Virus record (IMG/VR): IMGVR_UViG_3300000553_000021
Span: 13,528-77,527 of that record
From: a virus
Lineage: Duplodnaviria; Heunggongvirae; Uroviricota; Caudoviricetes
Direction: 5' to 3' (one strand)
Length of the DNA stretch: 64,000 bases
Part shown: positions 28,126 through 37,571 of the stretch, one piece after another
Numbering within the stretch: position 1 is the first letter of the stretch
How the letters are laid out: the number at the start of each line of letters is the position of its first letter
Position numbers and translations under genes: made by a program
Notes under the pieces: generated by a model
Database searches by the model: none
What the model was told of the DNA's origin: nothing
Seen by the model: only the letters and a program-made list of their open reading frames with translations

Positions 28126-29358
28126 ATGAGTAAGGTAAAAAACATGGAATTTGGGTACACAAACGAAATTTACAAAGTAGAAAATGTTAAATCTCGTTTT
28201 TGTTTGGTAAACACAAAAGGTGATGTATTAGATAGTACAGCATCAACAATTGTAGGTAGTTCATTAAGAAAGAAAGCCGCAACAACTGGTAAAGCAGTTA
28301 GAGGTTATGTAGGTAAAAATGGTGATAAATCATATCGTTTAGTTGATATGCAAGAATACACCGATTTGTTAGTTAGACCTATGAATACTGACATCGCTGA
28401 AACTATCGTAGAAAATCCTACGGAGCATGAGGATGTTAAGAAATTCATTCACGAGGATGGTATCGCATTGAAACCAGCTAACTTAATTATGAATGAGTTA
28501 AAGTGGAAATACTTATTACGTTCAGCAGTTCGCGCTCGTAATATTATGATGACCGGACCTGCTGGTAGTGGTAAGACAATGGCCGCTAAAGCATTAGTAG
28601 AAGCGTTAAAGAGACCTTTCTACTACTTTAACTTAGGTGCAACGCAAGACCCGCGTGCTGCGTTAATTGGTAACACACACTTTAACAAAGCAAGTGGTAC
28701 TTATTTTAGTGAGAGTGCGTTTGTAAAAGCAATCAAAACGCCATACGCAGTAATCTTATTGGATGAGTTGAGTAGAGCACATCCTGAGGCATCAAATATC
28801 TTAATGACTGTGTTAGACCAAACACAAAGATACTTAAGATTAGATGAGCAAGATAATTCACCAATTGTTAAGGTAGCTGAGGGTGTTACATTTATCGCAA
28901 CTGCCAATATCGGTTCGGAGTATACAGCAACACGTGTTATGGACCGTGCGTTGTTAGACCGTTTCGTTACAATTGAGGTAGATACATTAGATAAGGATAA
29001 GGAGTTTGAATTGTTAGAGATGTTATATCCTGACACAAACAAAGAGGATTTGAAAGCAGTAGCTGAAATTGCAGCACACACTAGAGACCAAATCAAAGGT
29101 GATGCTGGTAAATTAACTACCGCAATTTCTACTCGTATTTCAGTAGAGATGGCTGGTTTGTTATATGATGGTTTTGATTTGTTAGAAGCAGCTGAGGTAG
29201 CAATCTTCCCGTTCTATTCACAAGATGGTGGAATGGATAGTGAGCGTACTTATATCAAACAATTAGTGCAAAAATATTTGCGTACTGATGATGGTGAAAA
29301 GTTATTCAACGAAGTGACAGAGGATGCTAACGCAGACGACGATACAATCACTTGGTAG
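28126..29358 (+). CDS. AAA+ ATPase, MoxR/CobS-like
   Basis: Walker A MMTGPAGSGKT; Walker B VILLDELSRA. Confidence 0.65.
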   Translation: MSKVKNMEFGYTNEIYKVENVKSRFCLVNTKGDVLDSTASTIVGSSLRKKAATTGKAVRGYVGKNGDKSYRLVDMQEYTDLLVRPMNTDIAETIVENPTEHEDVKKFIHEDGIALKPANLIMNELKWKYLLRSAVRARNIMMTGPAGSGKTMAAKALVEALKRPFYYFNLGATQDPRAALIGNTHFNKASGTYFSESAFVKAIKTPYAVILLDELSRAHPEASNILMTVLDQTQRYLRLDEQDNSPIVKVAEGVTFIATANIGSEYTATRVMDRALLDRFVTIEVDTLDKDKEFELLEMLYPDTNKEDLKAVAEIAAHTRDQIKGDAGKLTTAISTRISVEMAGLLYDGFDLLEAAEVAIFPFYSQDGGMDSERTYIKQLVQKYLRTDDGEKLFNEVTEDANADDDTITW

Positions 29359-29365
29359 TAGTGTA

Positions 29366-29392
29366 GGGTAGGGTTCTCATACTACCCTACCC
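29366..29392 (+). other. GC-rich hairpin (GGGTAGGGT / ACCCTACCC) without T-tract
   Basis: 9-bp stem; immediately upstream of the terminator hairpin. Confidence 0.4.
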
Positions 29393-29402
29393 GAACTAAC
29401 AT

Positions 29403-29433
29403 AATAGGGGTGCAAAGGGCATCCCTATTTTTA
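29403..29433 (+). terminator. rho-independent terminator
   Basis: ATAGGGGTGC-AAAGG-GCATCCCTAT hairpin (one G:U wobble) + TTTTTAT. Confidence 0.55.
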
Positions 29434-29454
29434 TATAACTTAAACAAATCAAAA

Positions 29455-30054
29455 ATGGCATTAACTAAAAATGTAACAGATTTTATAGAGCATGTCAAGG
29501 GACATTGCAGACGAGTAGGAATTAAGTGTGAAATACGACCTGTTAAATATTTGGTATTGAGTGGTAATATTAGATGTGGTGGTTACTTTGATGATGATAA
29601 TAAAAAGTTAGTAGTAGCTGGTAAACATAAAGACTGGTTAGGTATATTAGCACATGAATACGCTCACCTTACACAATGGGAAGAAAATTGTGAAGCATGG
29701 GCAAAAGGTTGTACAGGATTAAATAACTTAGAACATTGGTTAAGTGGCAATAAAATACGAAGTGTAAAAGATGCCGTAACCCGTGCGCGAAATTTAGAAC
29801 ATGATAACGAATTGAGATCGGTAAAGATAATTAAGAAGTGGAAACTGCCTGTTAATTTACCGGAGTACATTCAAAAAGCAAATGCTTACTTACAATTCTA
29901 CAATTATATGAGGTATAGTAGAAGATGGAGTAGACCTAATAATTCACCATACAGCAACCCAAAAGTATGGAAGCAAATGCCAACAAAATTCAATATGAAA
30001 TACGAAACTATGGGTAAAAAGTGGTTTCAATTATATAAAGATAATAACATTTAA
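29455..30054 (+). CDS. hypothetical protein
   Basis: ORF track 29410..30054; ATG 29455 lies downstream of the terminator. Confidence 0.5.
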   Translation: MALTKNVTDFIEHVKGHCRRVGIKCEIRPVKYLVLSGNIRCGGYFDDDNKKLVVAGKHKDWLGILAHEYAHLTQWEENCEAWAKGCTGLNNLEHWLSGNKIRSVKDAVTRARNLEHDNELRSVKIIKKWKLPVNLPEYIQKANAYLQFYNYMRYSRRWSRPNNSPYSNPKVWKQMPTKFNMKYETMGKKWFQLYKDNNI

Positions 30055-30055
30055 T

Positions 30056-30364
30056 ATGCAAGGTAAAGAAAGTGATAAAAGAGATGTACAACTTAGTGCA
30101 CTATTAGCATTGTGTATATTATTCGCACTTATAGCAGCAGGACTTGTTAGTTGTGGTGTTAAACCAAAACACAAAGAACAACTAAGGATTTCTCAATATC
30201 AAGAGGGTGATGTAGTATATTTGAAACCTGACTCTACAATTGGGGTTATTGGTGATGTAAATCTATACACACGTGATATTGAATATAAAATAGGTTATAA
30301 AAATAATCAAGGTGAAATTCAATATCAACTTTTTACGGAAACACAAATTTATAGTAAAAAATAG
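30056..30364 (+). CDS. membrane protein
   Basis: hydrophobic segment ALLALCILFALIAAGLV. Confidence 0.4.
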   Translation: MQGKESDKRDVQLSALLALCILFALIAAGLVSCGVKPKHKEQLRISQYQEGDVVYLKPDSTIGVIGDVNLYTRDIEYKIGYKNNQGEIQYQLFTETQIYSKK

Positions 30365-30368
30365 AGTT

Positions 30369-30578
30369 ATGAAAAATTTAAGTAAGCTGGTGACAAGAAC
30401 ATTAGCGGTACTGGTAGTATTATCAGTATATTTTTGGTTAGTTCAATCATCTTTTTGGTTATTGAATAAAGCCAGTACAATAGCAAACATTATAGGATTG
30501 CTTGGATTGGGTATTATGACAGTAATTGGTTTGGTAGCCATTTACAATTTTATTAGTTACATAAAAGGTAAATTATGA
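30369..30578 (+). CDS. small membrane protein
   Basis: ORF track 30312..30578; ATG 30369 gives MKNLSKLVTRTLAVLVVLSV. Confidence 0.4.
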   Translation: MKNLSKLVTRTLAVLVVLSVYFWLVQSSFWLLNKASTIANIIGLLGLGIMTVIGLVAIYNFISYIKGKL

Positions 30579-30808
30579 TAGTGTGGTATTTACTTATTAG
30601 TGTTTTATATTGTGCTACATTTATAGCATTTATGAAAACAAAAGAAAATAATGAAAGTGAAAGTGAAAATTATATGGATAGATATGGTGATTGGCATATG
30701 AAATACATATTATTGTGTGTGTTAGGAACTATCATATGGCCTTTAGTTATTCCGTTCATTATCTTTTACAAAGTGGCATTCAAATTATTAAACAAAAACA
30801 AAAAGTAA
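30575..30808 (+). CDS. small membrane protein
   Basis: two TM helices. Confidence 0.4.
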   Translation: MIVWYLLISVLYCATFIAFMKTKENNESESENYMDRYGDWHMKYILLCVLGTIIWPLVIPFIIFYKVAFKLLNKNKK

Positions 30809-30811
30809 AAT

Positions 30812-31192
30812 ATGATAGTAATAATAATATTATTTACAATACTGATAATTACATTTGAAGGAGTTAGTTATTCAGTCTACGGACCAATTCTCAATTCAAA
30901 AGTTGTAAATGAAGCATTAGATTATCACGCTCCAAAAGGTGTTAGATTAAATCAATTTGATGCTGGTATTTTGACATTGGGTGATATGAGTGATTATGGT
31001 ATTAATGAAATGCCGTTTATAGCATGTAATAGTGCATCTATCTTATCCAAATACTACATAAGTGGTGTGGGTAGAGTTAATAGATTTTCAAAAGAACATA
31101 GACGAATTAAACAAATATTCAAACAGGCTCATGACGAGCTTAATAAAAAAACACCAACAAAAACAATTAAACAAAAATTAAACATTAAATAA
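30812..31192 (+). CDS. membrane-anchored protein
   Basis: N-terminal TM MIVIIILFTILIITF. Confidence 0.4.
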   Translation: MIVIIILFTILIITFEGVSYSVYGPILNSKVVNEALDYHAPKGVRLNQFDAGILTLGDMSDYGINEMPFIACNSASILSKYYISGVGRVNRFSKEHRRIKQIFKQAHDELNKKTPTKTIKQKLNIK

Positions 31193-31294
31193 AAACAAAT
31201 AGTATGAAAAGAAAGTACTGGACAACAAAAAACAATCATTCACCTAAACAAAAGGGAACAAACAAAATTACAAATAAATAAAAAACAAAATAAT

Positions 31295-31582
31295 ATGAAA
31301 AAAATAGAAATGCTTAGACAATCAGGTAAAACTACAAGAATTGCCAATTTCGTAATAGACCAACTACACTCAGTAGGGGAGGTAATTGTAACCGACCATA
31401 CAAGTTTTGAATTTCCAGACATTGATAATATGTCTTCTATTAGAAATCTTATTGAGAAAGTAGAAAAGCTTGATGCAGCAAATTCACCAGGAAATAGAAG
31501 GATAGAATTTGAAATTTTCGATTCACAGAATACGAAATTGATAAGATTTAGGATGAATAAAACATTAAACAAAACAAAATAA
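31295..31582 (+). CDS. hypothetical protein
   Basis: ORF track. Confidence 0.45.
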   Translation: MKKIEMLRQSGKTTRIANFVIDQLHSVGEVIVTDHTSFEFPDIDNMSSIRNLIEKVEKLDAANSPGNRRIEFEIFDSQNTKLIRFRMNKTLNKTK

Positions 31583-31583
31583 T

Positions 31584-32435
31584 ATGAAAAAAGTATTAGC
31601 ATTAGTAGCATTAGTAGTGACATTAGGTAGTTGTACCCGTATCAGTCCAACCGAAGTAGGATTTAAGATTGACAATAGTGGTGATTATAGAGGTATAGAT
31701 AGTTTACCTTTATTGACTGGGTTTCAGTTTTACACACCGGGTTTTACATATATTGTGACAATCCCAACAACACAACAACACGTCGCATGGGTTGAGGATG
31801 CAAGTGAGGGTAAACCAATTGATGAAGCAATTGTAGTTAGTTGTAATGGTGGTGCCGGTTTCAAAATGGATATTGGTTTAAACTACCGTGTTAATCCAAC
31901 AAAAGCATCTAAGATTTACTTAAAGTATAAAACGGATGACTTAGAAAGTATTACAAACACTTATTTACGAAATGTAGTTAGAGGTAGTATGCAAGATGTG
32001 AGTGGTTTATTGACAGTTGATAGTATCTTAAATAACTTACCAGGTTTTGAAGCAGCAGTTCGTAAGAATGTAACTGAACGATTTGAGAAAGATGGTTTCA
32101 TTGTAGATAACTTTAGTATCTTAAAACAACCAACACCAACTGATAAGAGTTTATCCGATGCGATTAACGCTAAGATTAGAGCAAAGCAAGATGCTGAAAC
32201 ATCAAAGATGCAATTACAAAGTTCAATCGCTGAGGCTAACAAACAAATTGCTAAAGCAAGAGGTGATAGTGCAACGAAAGTAATTAACGCAATGGGTGAG
32301 GCTGAGGCAGTTAAGAAAATTCAGCAAGTATTGACTCCTACTTATGTTGAGTATATCAAAGCAAGTAGATGGAACGGAGTTCAACCATCAGTTGTAGGTG
32401 GTGGCGGTGGAATGATATTACAATTAAAACAATAA
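31584..32435 (+). CDS. SPFH/band-7 (prohibitin/HflKC-like) lipoprotein
   Basis: Lipobox MKKVLALVALVVTLGSC; C-terminal coiled-coil DAINAKIRAKQDAETSKMQLQSSIAEANKQIAKARGD typical of band-7 family. Confidence 0.5.
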   Translation: MKKVLALVALVVTLGSCTRISPTEVGFKIDNSGDYRGIDSLPLLTGFQFYTPGFTYIVTIPTTQQHVAWVEDASEGKPIDEAIVVSCNGGAGFKMDIGLNYRVNPTKASKIYLKYKTDDLESITNTYLRNVVRGSMQDVSGLLTVDSILNNLPGFEAAVRKNVTERFEKDGFIVDNFSILKQPTPTDKSLSDAINAKIRAKQDAETSKMQLQSSIAEANKQIAKARGDSATKVINAMGEAEAVKKIQQVLTPTYVEYIKASRWNGVQPSVVGGGGGMILQLKQ

Positions 32436-32443
32436 AATATTAA

Positions 32444-32470
32444 GGGGAGCAGAAATGTTCCCCTTTTTTT
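32444..32470 (+). terminator. rho-independent terminator
   Basis: GGGGAGCA-GAAA-TGTTCCCC hairpin + TTTTTTTGTTTTT. Confidence 0.65.
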
Positions 32471-32502
32471 GTTTTTCACATTATTTATTATTATATTTAA
32501 CT

Positions 32503-32787
32503 ATGGAATTTAATAAGACAGACGAAGAATTAAAGGGGATGAGTGATGATGAATTGTTTGCTTATTTAGATGCAAAGGCAGCACATTTAAAAAAACATAC
32601 AGCACCCCTAAGCAATTGGCATGTTAAACGATATGCCCACATTGGAGAGGCAGTAACTAAAACGGATAAAGGAACAGATGAAGTGTTCTCTAATGGGTTA
32701 TATGATAGTTTAAAACCGATTATAGAAGCAAACGATAGTGAGTCCTTTAACCGAATGGCAGAAAAAATAAAACAAAGAAACAAATAA
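32503..32787 (+). CDS. hypothetical protein
   Basis: ORF track 32455..32787; ATG 32503 lies after the terminator. Confidence 0.45.
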   Translation: MEFNKTDEELKGMSDDELFAYLDAKAAHLKKHTAPLSNWHVKRYAHIGEAVTKTDKGTDEVFSNGLYDSLKPIIEANDSESFNRMAEKIKQRNK

Positions 32788-32972
32788 TGGGATTTAACCA
32801 CTGCTACATAAAAAATATTAGTTCCGTTATGTGGGAATTAGAAACATTTGGAATAGAAAAATTTGTAAAAGTTTATCAAAGCTATGATGCATATAGTGGT
32901 GATAGTGAAGCAATACAATTTATAGAAAAAACCTTAAAAGAATATTATGAGCAAACAACAACTACCGAATAA
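32787..32972 (+). CDS. hypothetical protein
   Basis: ORF track. Confidence 0.35.
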   Translation: MGFNHCYIKNISSVMWELETFGIEKFVKVYQSYDAYSGDSEAIQFIEKTLKEYYEQTTTTE

Positions 32973-33252
32973 TACACCAATCGATGAAAGTGGTGACGAA
33001 GATTATGTATACCAACAATGGCTAGAACAAGAAAAATTGAATGAACAATATTGGAATACAAAAGCAGAGGACACAATTGAAACAATAAATTCAGTATATG
33101 AAACTCGCTTCTGCTACGCTGACGTAATTGCAGCAATATTAGAAGTGACAAGTGATGAGGAATTAGCAGAAGCAATTGGACATTCACTTAATGCATTATA
33201 TGTACGAAGATTAACATTTGAAAGTTATGGACCACACACCGATATACGATAA
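32947..33252 (+). CDS. acidic hypothetical protein
   Basis: ORF track. Confidence 0.4.
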   Translation: MSKQQLPNNTPIDESGDEDYVYQQWLEQEKLNEQYWNTKAEDTIETINSVYETRFCYADVIAAILEVTSDEELAEAIGHSLNALYVRRLTFESYGPHTDIR

Positions 33253-33595
33253 GATTAAACGAGGAGATTATAATTATTCTAAACTATTCACACAGGCGGA
33301 TAAGTTAAGAAAGGATGCAAATTATATGTACGAAACCACTTATAAAAATTATGGTGGTACGGATGAAAAGAATAGAGTAGAATTAGCACAAGAAGCATCA
33401 CATAAACACCGATTAAGAGCCGTTAAAATGGAGTTAGAAGCACATAGAGACGAGCAAATGATACTTTGGACATTAAGGAGAGATTTAAAGGATGTGTTTG
33501 GTGTAGATTTATGGGATGAAGCTACTGAAAAAGTGGATGGTGATTTGTTAGCACTTTATACTTATTATAAGAAATATGCGAGAAATAAAAATTAA
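33218..33595 (+). CDS. hypothetical protein
   Basis: ORF track. Confidence 0.45.
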   Translation: MKVMDHTPIYDKIKRGDYNYSKLFTQADKLRKDANYMYETTYKNYGGTDEKNRVELAQEASHKHRLRAVKMELEAHRDEQMILWTLRRDLKDVFGVDLWDEATEKVDGDLLALYTYYKKYARNKN

Positions 33596-34832
33596 GTTTA
33601 CGGAATACAAAAGTAGTTGGGGTATAGTTGATGTTGACTATTATAGTGAGCAGGCTAGAGCAACTATGATTAAAGATGGTTATATGAAGCAATTCCTTAT
33701 TAGTGCAGAACATTATGGAAATGCTAGGTTTGTTGAGGATGAGGAAATATATTGTATGATATATACCGAATCAATTTCATCAGCAATACCAGGATTTATA
33801 CAATTGCCAAAAGCAAACGAATTATTAGAAAAACTTAGGACTGGTGTTATAAAGAAGTTCATATTCTATGGTGAGGATATGGACTTTCTTACTGTCGGTG
33901 GTCCTGTTCCACACTTAGTAAAAGACCTAAATGATTTCTTTGGAGACCAGATTGATAAGGTTTGGATAACAATAGCATCTAAAAACTGGTCGCATGATTG
34001 GGGTAACATTAATGTAGTTTATAATTTAGGATGTTTACCTTATTTCTTAGAGAACAATATCGAAAAGATTGAAAAGGAAAATATTGTAGTTAATAGTTAT
34101 AATGCACAAAAGCATTTCTATACTACTAATAACCAACCAAGAGAAGCAAGATTACACTTATATAAACATCTGTTAGAAAATAGATTAATGAGTAAGTGTG
34201 AGGCAAGTTTCTTTTTTAGACACCACCAAGAACAAGATAAAAGATATTTGGTTTATAGTGATAGAGAAAGAGATGGTGATAAAGTTTTACTACCAATTAT
34301 AGATGACTCATTTCAGTTTCCAACAAGAATATTTGATAATGAAGTAGAGGGTAGTTATTTCTTTAATTGTAAGTGGGTAAACTTTCCTAAGAACAATAAC
34401 GCATTAATTGATTTAGTTATAGAAACCCTAAGTGACCCGGTGGATTTTTGTTCACTAACTGAAAAAACATTTAGACCTATCATATGTAAGAAACCATTTT
34501 TAGTATTTGGTAGTGCTGGGTTATATAAAGGATTAGAGGAAATGGGATTTAAACTATTTCCACAATTATATGATGCAGATGAATTAGATGATACTACTGA
34601 ATTTCAGGAACTAATGTGGGAACTAAGACATGAGGATAATGCAAAAGCTGCTTTCTATAAAATTAGATTTGCAAAATTTTTAAAGATAGTAGATAGATTG
34701 GCTGCTATGGATATAGAGGAATTAAGAGAATTAGTAGACGAAACTTATTTTAATTGTGAGTATAATTATCAGGTGTTATTAAACATAATCAAAAAAGAGA
34801 AAGAGGACACACTTAAGTTGTTTTCAATATGA
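33576..34832 (+). CDS. hypothetical protein
   Basis: ORF track 418 aa. Confidence 0.5.
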   Translation: MREIKIKFTEYKSSWGIVDVDYYSEQARATMIKDGYMKQFLISAEHYGNARFVEDEEIYCMIYTESISSAIPGFIQLPKANELLEKLRTGVIKKFIFYGEDMDFLTVGGPVPHLVKDLNDFFGDQIDKVWITIASKNWSHDWGNINVVYNLGCLPYFLENNIEKIEKENIVVNSYNAQKHFYTTNNQPREARLHLYKHLLENRLMSKCEASFFFRHHQEQDKRYLVYSDRERDGDKVLLPIIDDSFQFPTRIFDNEVEGSYFFNCKWVNFPKNNNALIDLVIETLSDPVDFCSLTEKTFRPIICKKPFLVFGSAGLYKGLEEMGFKLFPQLYDADELDDTTEFQELMWELRHEDNAKAAFYKIRFAKFLKIVDRLAAMDIEELRELVDETYFNCEYNYQVLLNIIKKEKEDTLKLFSI

Positions 34833-35935
34833 TAAGATATTTTAAAACTGAAAATGGAATATTAGGAACTCAATTTTTGGAGCAAACCCAAAATCAAAAC
34901 TATCATATTAAGATTGTTCCTATGGATAATGTCTATGTTATCCATATGATGGATAATAACCCATATCCAAATGTTGATTCAGTTGTTGAATTTGTAAAGA
35001 AATACAATCCTATTAAATTAATAATAGATTTTACATCAGTAGAAACTTATATAGAAAATAAAGTAATAGAGGAATTTGAAACTAAAATTACAAATGTAGA
35101 CCTAAAAATACTTACTGTCAATATTACAAATAATCAATATAAATCACATGTATTTTTTCCAGTACATGCATTTCAAATGGTAGATACATTTGAAAATAGA
35201 ATAGATACAATAAATTATATACAGGAACATAATCTAAATACAAAGAAAAGATTAAAAAAATATTTATTCTTAAATCATCATTTAAGAACTGAAAGATTCA
35301 AAATATATGAGTCATTATATACTAATAATAAAGTAGATGATGGTTTGGTTAGTTTTTGTTGGAATTTAGATACCAAAGATTTTAATGCACAATGGTATAG
35401 TGTAACCAAAAACGATATAGAATACATAAAAAATTCAGTTGCTTATAAAACATTACCATTAGAATTAGATGGTATGAATGAAGCAGAAGCAAATTATAAG
35501 TTAGTTAAAAATGAAATACAAAATCCAGTTTTCTTTTCCCCACCTAATACAAATGTAACACATTATTTTAATGTTTATTTTGAAATAATAACCGAAGGAT
35601 TTAGTAGTAATACACCATTTCATCAATATGTAGATAGAACTAATTTATTACATTATTCTGAAAAAATATGGAAACCCATTCTATTTGGCACGCCATTTTG
35701 TTTTTGGGGACCTGAAAATACATTAGAGGAATTTAGTAAATATTTTGGAATGACATTTAATTGCCCTTTATACTATTGTAATGTTGGATATGATTTAGAT
35801 GAATTTTGTAATAAAGTAAATGAATTATCAAATTTATCATATTTAGAATTACATAAATTATATTATGAATATTTTGATGAAATTATGAATAATCAAAAAA
35901 TATTAATTAGTTATATTAAAAACCTACATATATGA
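34829..35935 (+). CDS. hypothetical protein
   Basis: ORF track 368 aa. Confidence 0.5.
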   Translation: MIRYFKTENGILGTQFLEQTQNQNYHIKIVPMDNVYVIHMMDNNPYPNVDSVVEFVKKYNPIKLIIDFTSVETYIENKVIEEFETKITNVDLKILTVNITNNQYKSHVFFPVHAFQMVDTFENRIDTINYIQEHNLNTKKRLKKYLFLNHHLRTERFKIYESLYTNNKVDDGLVSFCWNLDTKDFNAQWYSVTKNDIEYIKNSVAYKTLPLELDGMNEAEANYKLVKNEIQNPVFFSPPNTNVTHYFNVYFEIITEGFSSNTPFHQYVDRTNLLHYSEKIWKPILFGTPFCFWGPENTLEEFSKYFGMTFNCPLYYCNVGYDLDEFCNKVNELSNLSYLELHKLYYEYFDEIMNNQKILISYIKNLHI

Positions 35936-36336
35936 GTGAAAGAAAGTATCTCCCAACATTAGCGGAGTTAATTGACAGATTGAGTATAGCTCAATTAAAA
36001 GAAGTAAAGATTCCTGAACACAAAGCAGAATATGCAAAAGAAATTGCAGACATCGTACATGATATTCAATTGTGTTTAGATGATAGTGACACGCCGGTTA
36101 GTGCAGAAACTATTAGAGCAATTGTAGTATTAGCACAAATTAATACTCACATTTGGCAGAACGAATCAAACTATCGTAAAGGTATTAAAGAGGGTAACAA
36201 TTTAGAATTAACACATGGTATCAATGGTATAAGAAATACAGCCAAAAACAAAATTCAAGAAGTTGTGGGTGGACGTATGGACTATAAGATTGATTGTTTA
36301 GCAGCAGAGTTTAAAGATTGGGAAATTTCTTGGTAA
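35932..36336 (+). CDS. hypothetical protein
   Basis: ORF track. Confidence 0.5.
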   Translation: MSERKYLPTLAELIDRLSIAQLKEVKIPEHKAEYAKEIADIVHDIQLCLDDSDTPVSAETIRAIVVLAQINTHIWQNESNYRKGIKEGNNLELTHGINGIRNTAKNKIQEVVGGRMDYKIDCLAAEFKDWEISW

Positions 36337-36397
36337 AATAACCCTAAAATAAGGTAACATATTAGAAAAAACCCTAATATACTACCCTAAAACATAA

Positions 36398-36441
36398 CCC
36401 ATTGATTATCAGCAAGTTATAACTAGTTGATTTTCAATGGG
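36398..36441 (+). repeat. 44-bp imperfect palindrome CCCATTGATTATCAGCAAGTTATAACTAGTTGATTTTCAATGGG (module repeat, long form)
   Basis: Outer arms CCCATTGA/TCAATGGG; central GTTATAAC and AACTAGTT palindromes; related copies at 44756-44806, 27961-27995, 25146-25175, 17724-17745. Confidence 0.7.
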
Positions 36442-36540
36442 TTATTTATGTCTATTACATTTTTTTTATATATGAAAAAAACATATATGTAACTCATTGA
36501 TTATCATCAAAAAACTTCTAAAAATACTTTGACCAAGCCA

Positions 36541-36570
36541 TTGTCACGTCGCTAAATAGTCGTAACTTTG
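36541..36570 (+). promoter_or_regulatory. promoter (-33 TTG 36541-43; -7 TAACTTTG 36563-70), conserved with 44870-44899
   Basis: CATTGTCACGTCGCTAAATAGTCGTAACTTTGGG vs CATTGCCACGTCGCAAAAAAGTCGTAATTTAGAC. Confidence 0.55.
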
Positions 36571-36616
36571 GGTATATCCCAACAATGAGAGGGGTGGTAT
36601 ATAAAAAAATTATAAT

Positions 36617-37444
36617 ATGAATACAATGAAATTTACAACAATCGGTAATGCTAAAAAGGTAACTGGTTTATCTTATTTAGGTAGTGTAGCAAGTAGTTCA
36701 AAAATTGCTAAAGGTTTAAAGTACAATGAGATGACTTATATATTGTATCTTGCACCTGCTGAACAAAGTGGTTATAATGTTTGTCCTGGTTCTACCGAAG
36801 AATGCCGAACAGCGTGTTTAACTGAAAGTGGACATAATAGAATTGACGTAAAGAAAAACGCAATCAATAACGCTCGTATCAAAAAGACTAAATTGTTCTT
36901 TGAGCATAGAGAGTTCTTTATGGCTTGGTTGATTATGGAAATTACAAAAGCTAGAGTTGAAGCAATTAAGCAAGGTTATAAGTTTTCAGTTCGTATCAAT
37001 GGTACATCTGATATTAGTTTAGTTAGTTTCAAATTAGGTGATATGAATATATTGGAGTATTTTCCAAATGTTCAATTCTATGATTATACTAAAGTTGCTA
37101 ATCGTTTCAAATTGACTGAAAAATATCCTAACTACGATTTAACATATTCGTTCAGCGGTTACAATATGTTACAATCTATGGAGTTATTACAAAGTGACAA
37201 AGGTAGGGTTGCTATGGTATTTGAGGGTAAAGTATTACCTAAAACCTTTATGGGTATTGAGGTTATTGATGGTGATGCATATGATATGAGATACTACGAT
37301 GCAAAGAATGTTATTGTAGGATTGAAGTTTAAGAAAGTAAGAAATAAAATTGATACTGCTAACAACAAGTTCATTATACCAATGGATAGTAAATTTAGTG
37401 TTTATGAAAAACAACAAACGAAAGTTAAAGTTACTGCCAAATAG
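36617..37444 (+). CDS. hypothetical protein with CPGSTEECRTAC Cys motif
   Basis: ORF track 275 aa; first gene after the repeat/promoter module. Confidence 0.5.
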   Translation: MNTMKFTTIGNAKKVTGLSYLGSVASSSKIAKGLKYNEMTYILYLAPAEQSGYNVCPGSTEECRTACLTESGHNRIDVKKNAINNARIKKTKLFFEHREFFMAWLIMEITKARVEAIKQGYKFSVRINGTSDISLVSFKLGDMNILEYFPNVQFYDYTKVANRFKLTEKYPNYDLTYSFSGYNMLQSMELLQSDKGRVAMVFEGKVLPKTFMGIEVIDGDAYDMRYYDAKNVIVGLKFKKVRNKIDTANNKFIIPMDSKFSVYEKQQTKVKVTAK

Positions 37445-37559
37445 TAACAAACGAAGTGACCAGTTAGAAGCTGGTGTATATGATGGTAGGTATAAACAAA
37501 AGGTTGTACCTAACAAAATTAAAAAAGCCAACAAATTGTGGGCTCGTAAAAACAAATAA
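37404..37559 (+). CDS. possible small highly basic protein (51 aa)
   Basis: In-frame ATG of ORF 37350..37559; fills an otherwise empty 115-nt gap; overlaps the upstream gene by 41 nt. Confidence 0.25.
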   Translation: MKNNKRKLKLLPNSNKRSDQLEAGVYDGRYKQKVVPNKIKKANKLWARKNK

Positions 37560-37571
37560 AAATTATAATAT

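Noticed and set aside
37350-37559. 69-aa ORF overlapping the end of 36617..37444
   Set aside because: The full ORF overlaps the upstream gene by 95 nt. Only the shorter 37404 start was kept, as a low-confidence basic peptide.
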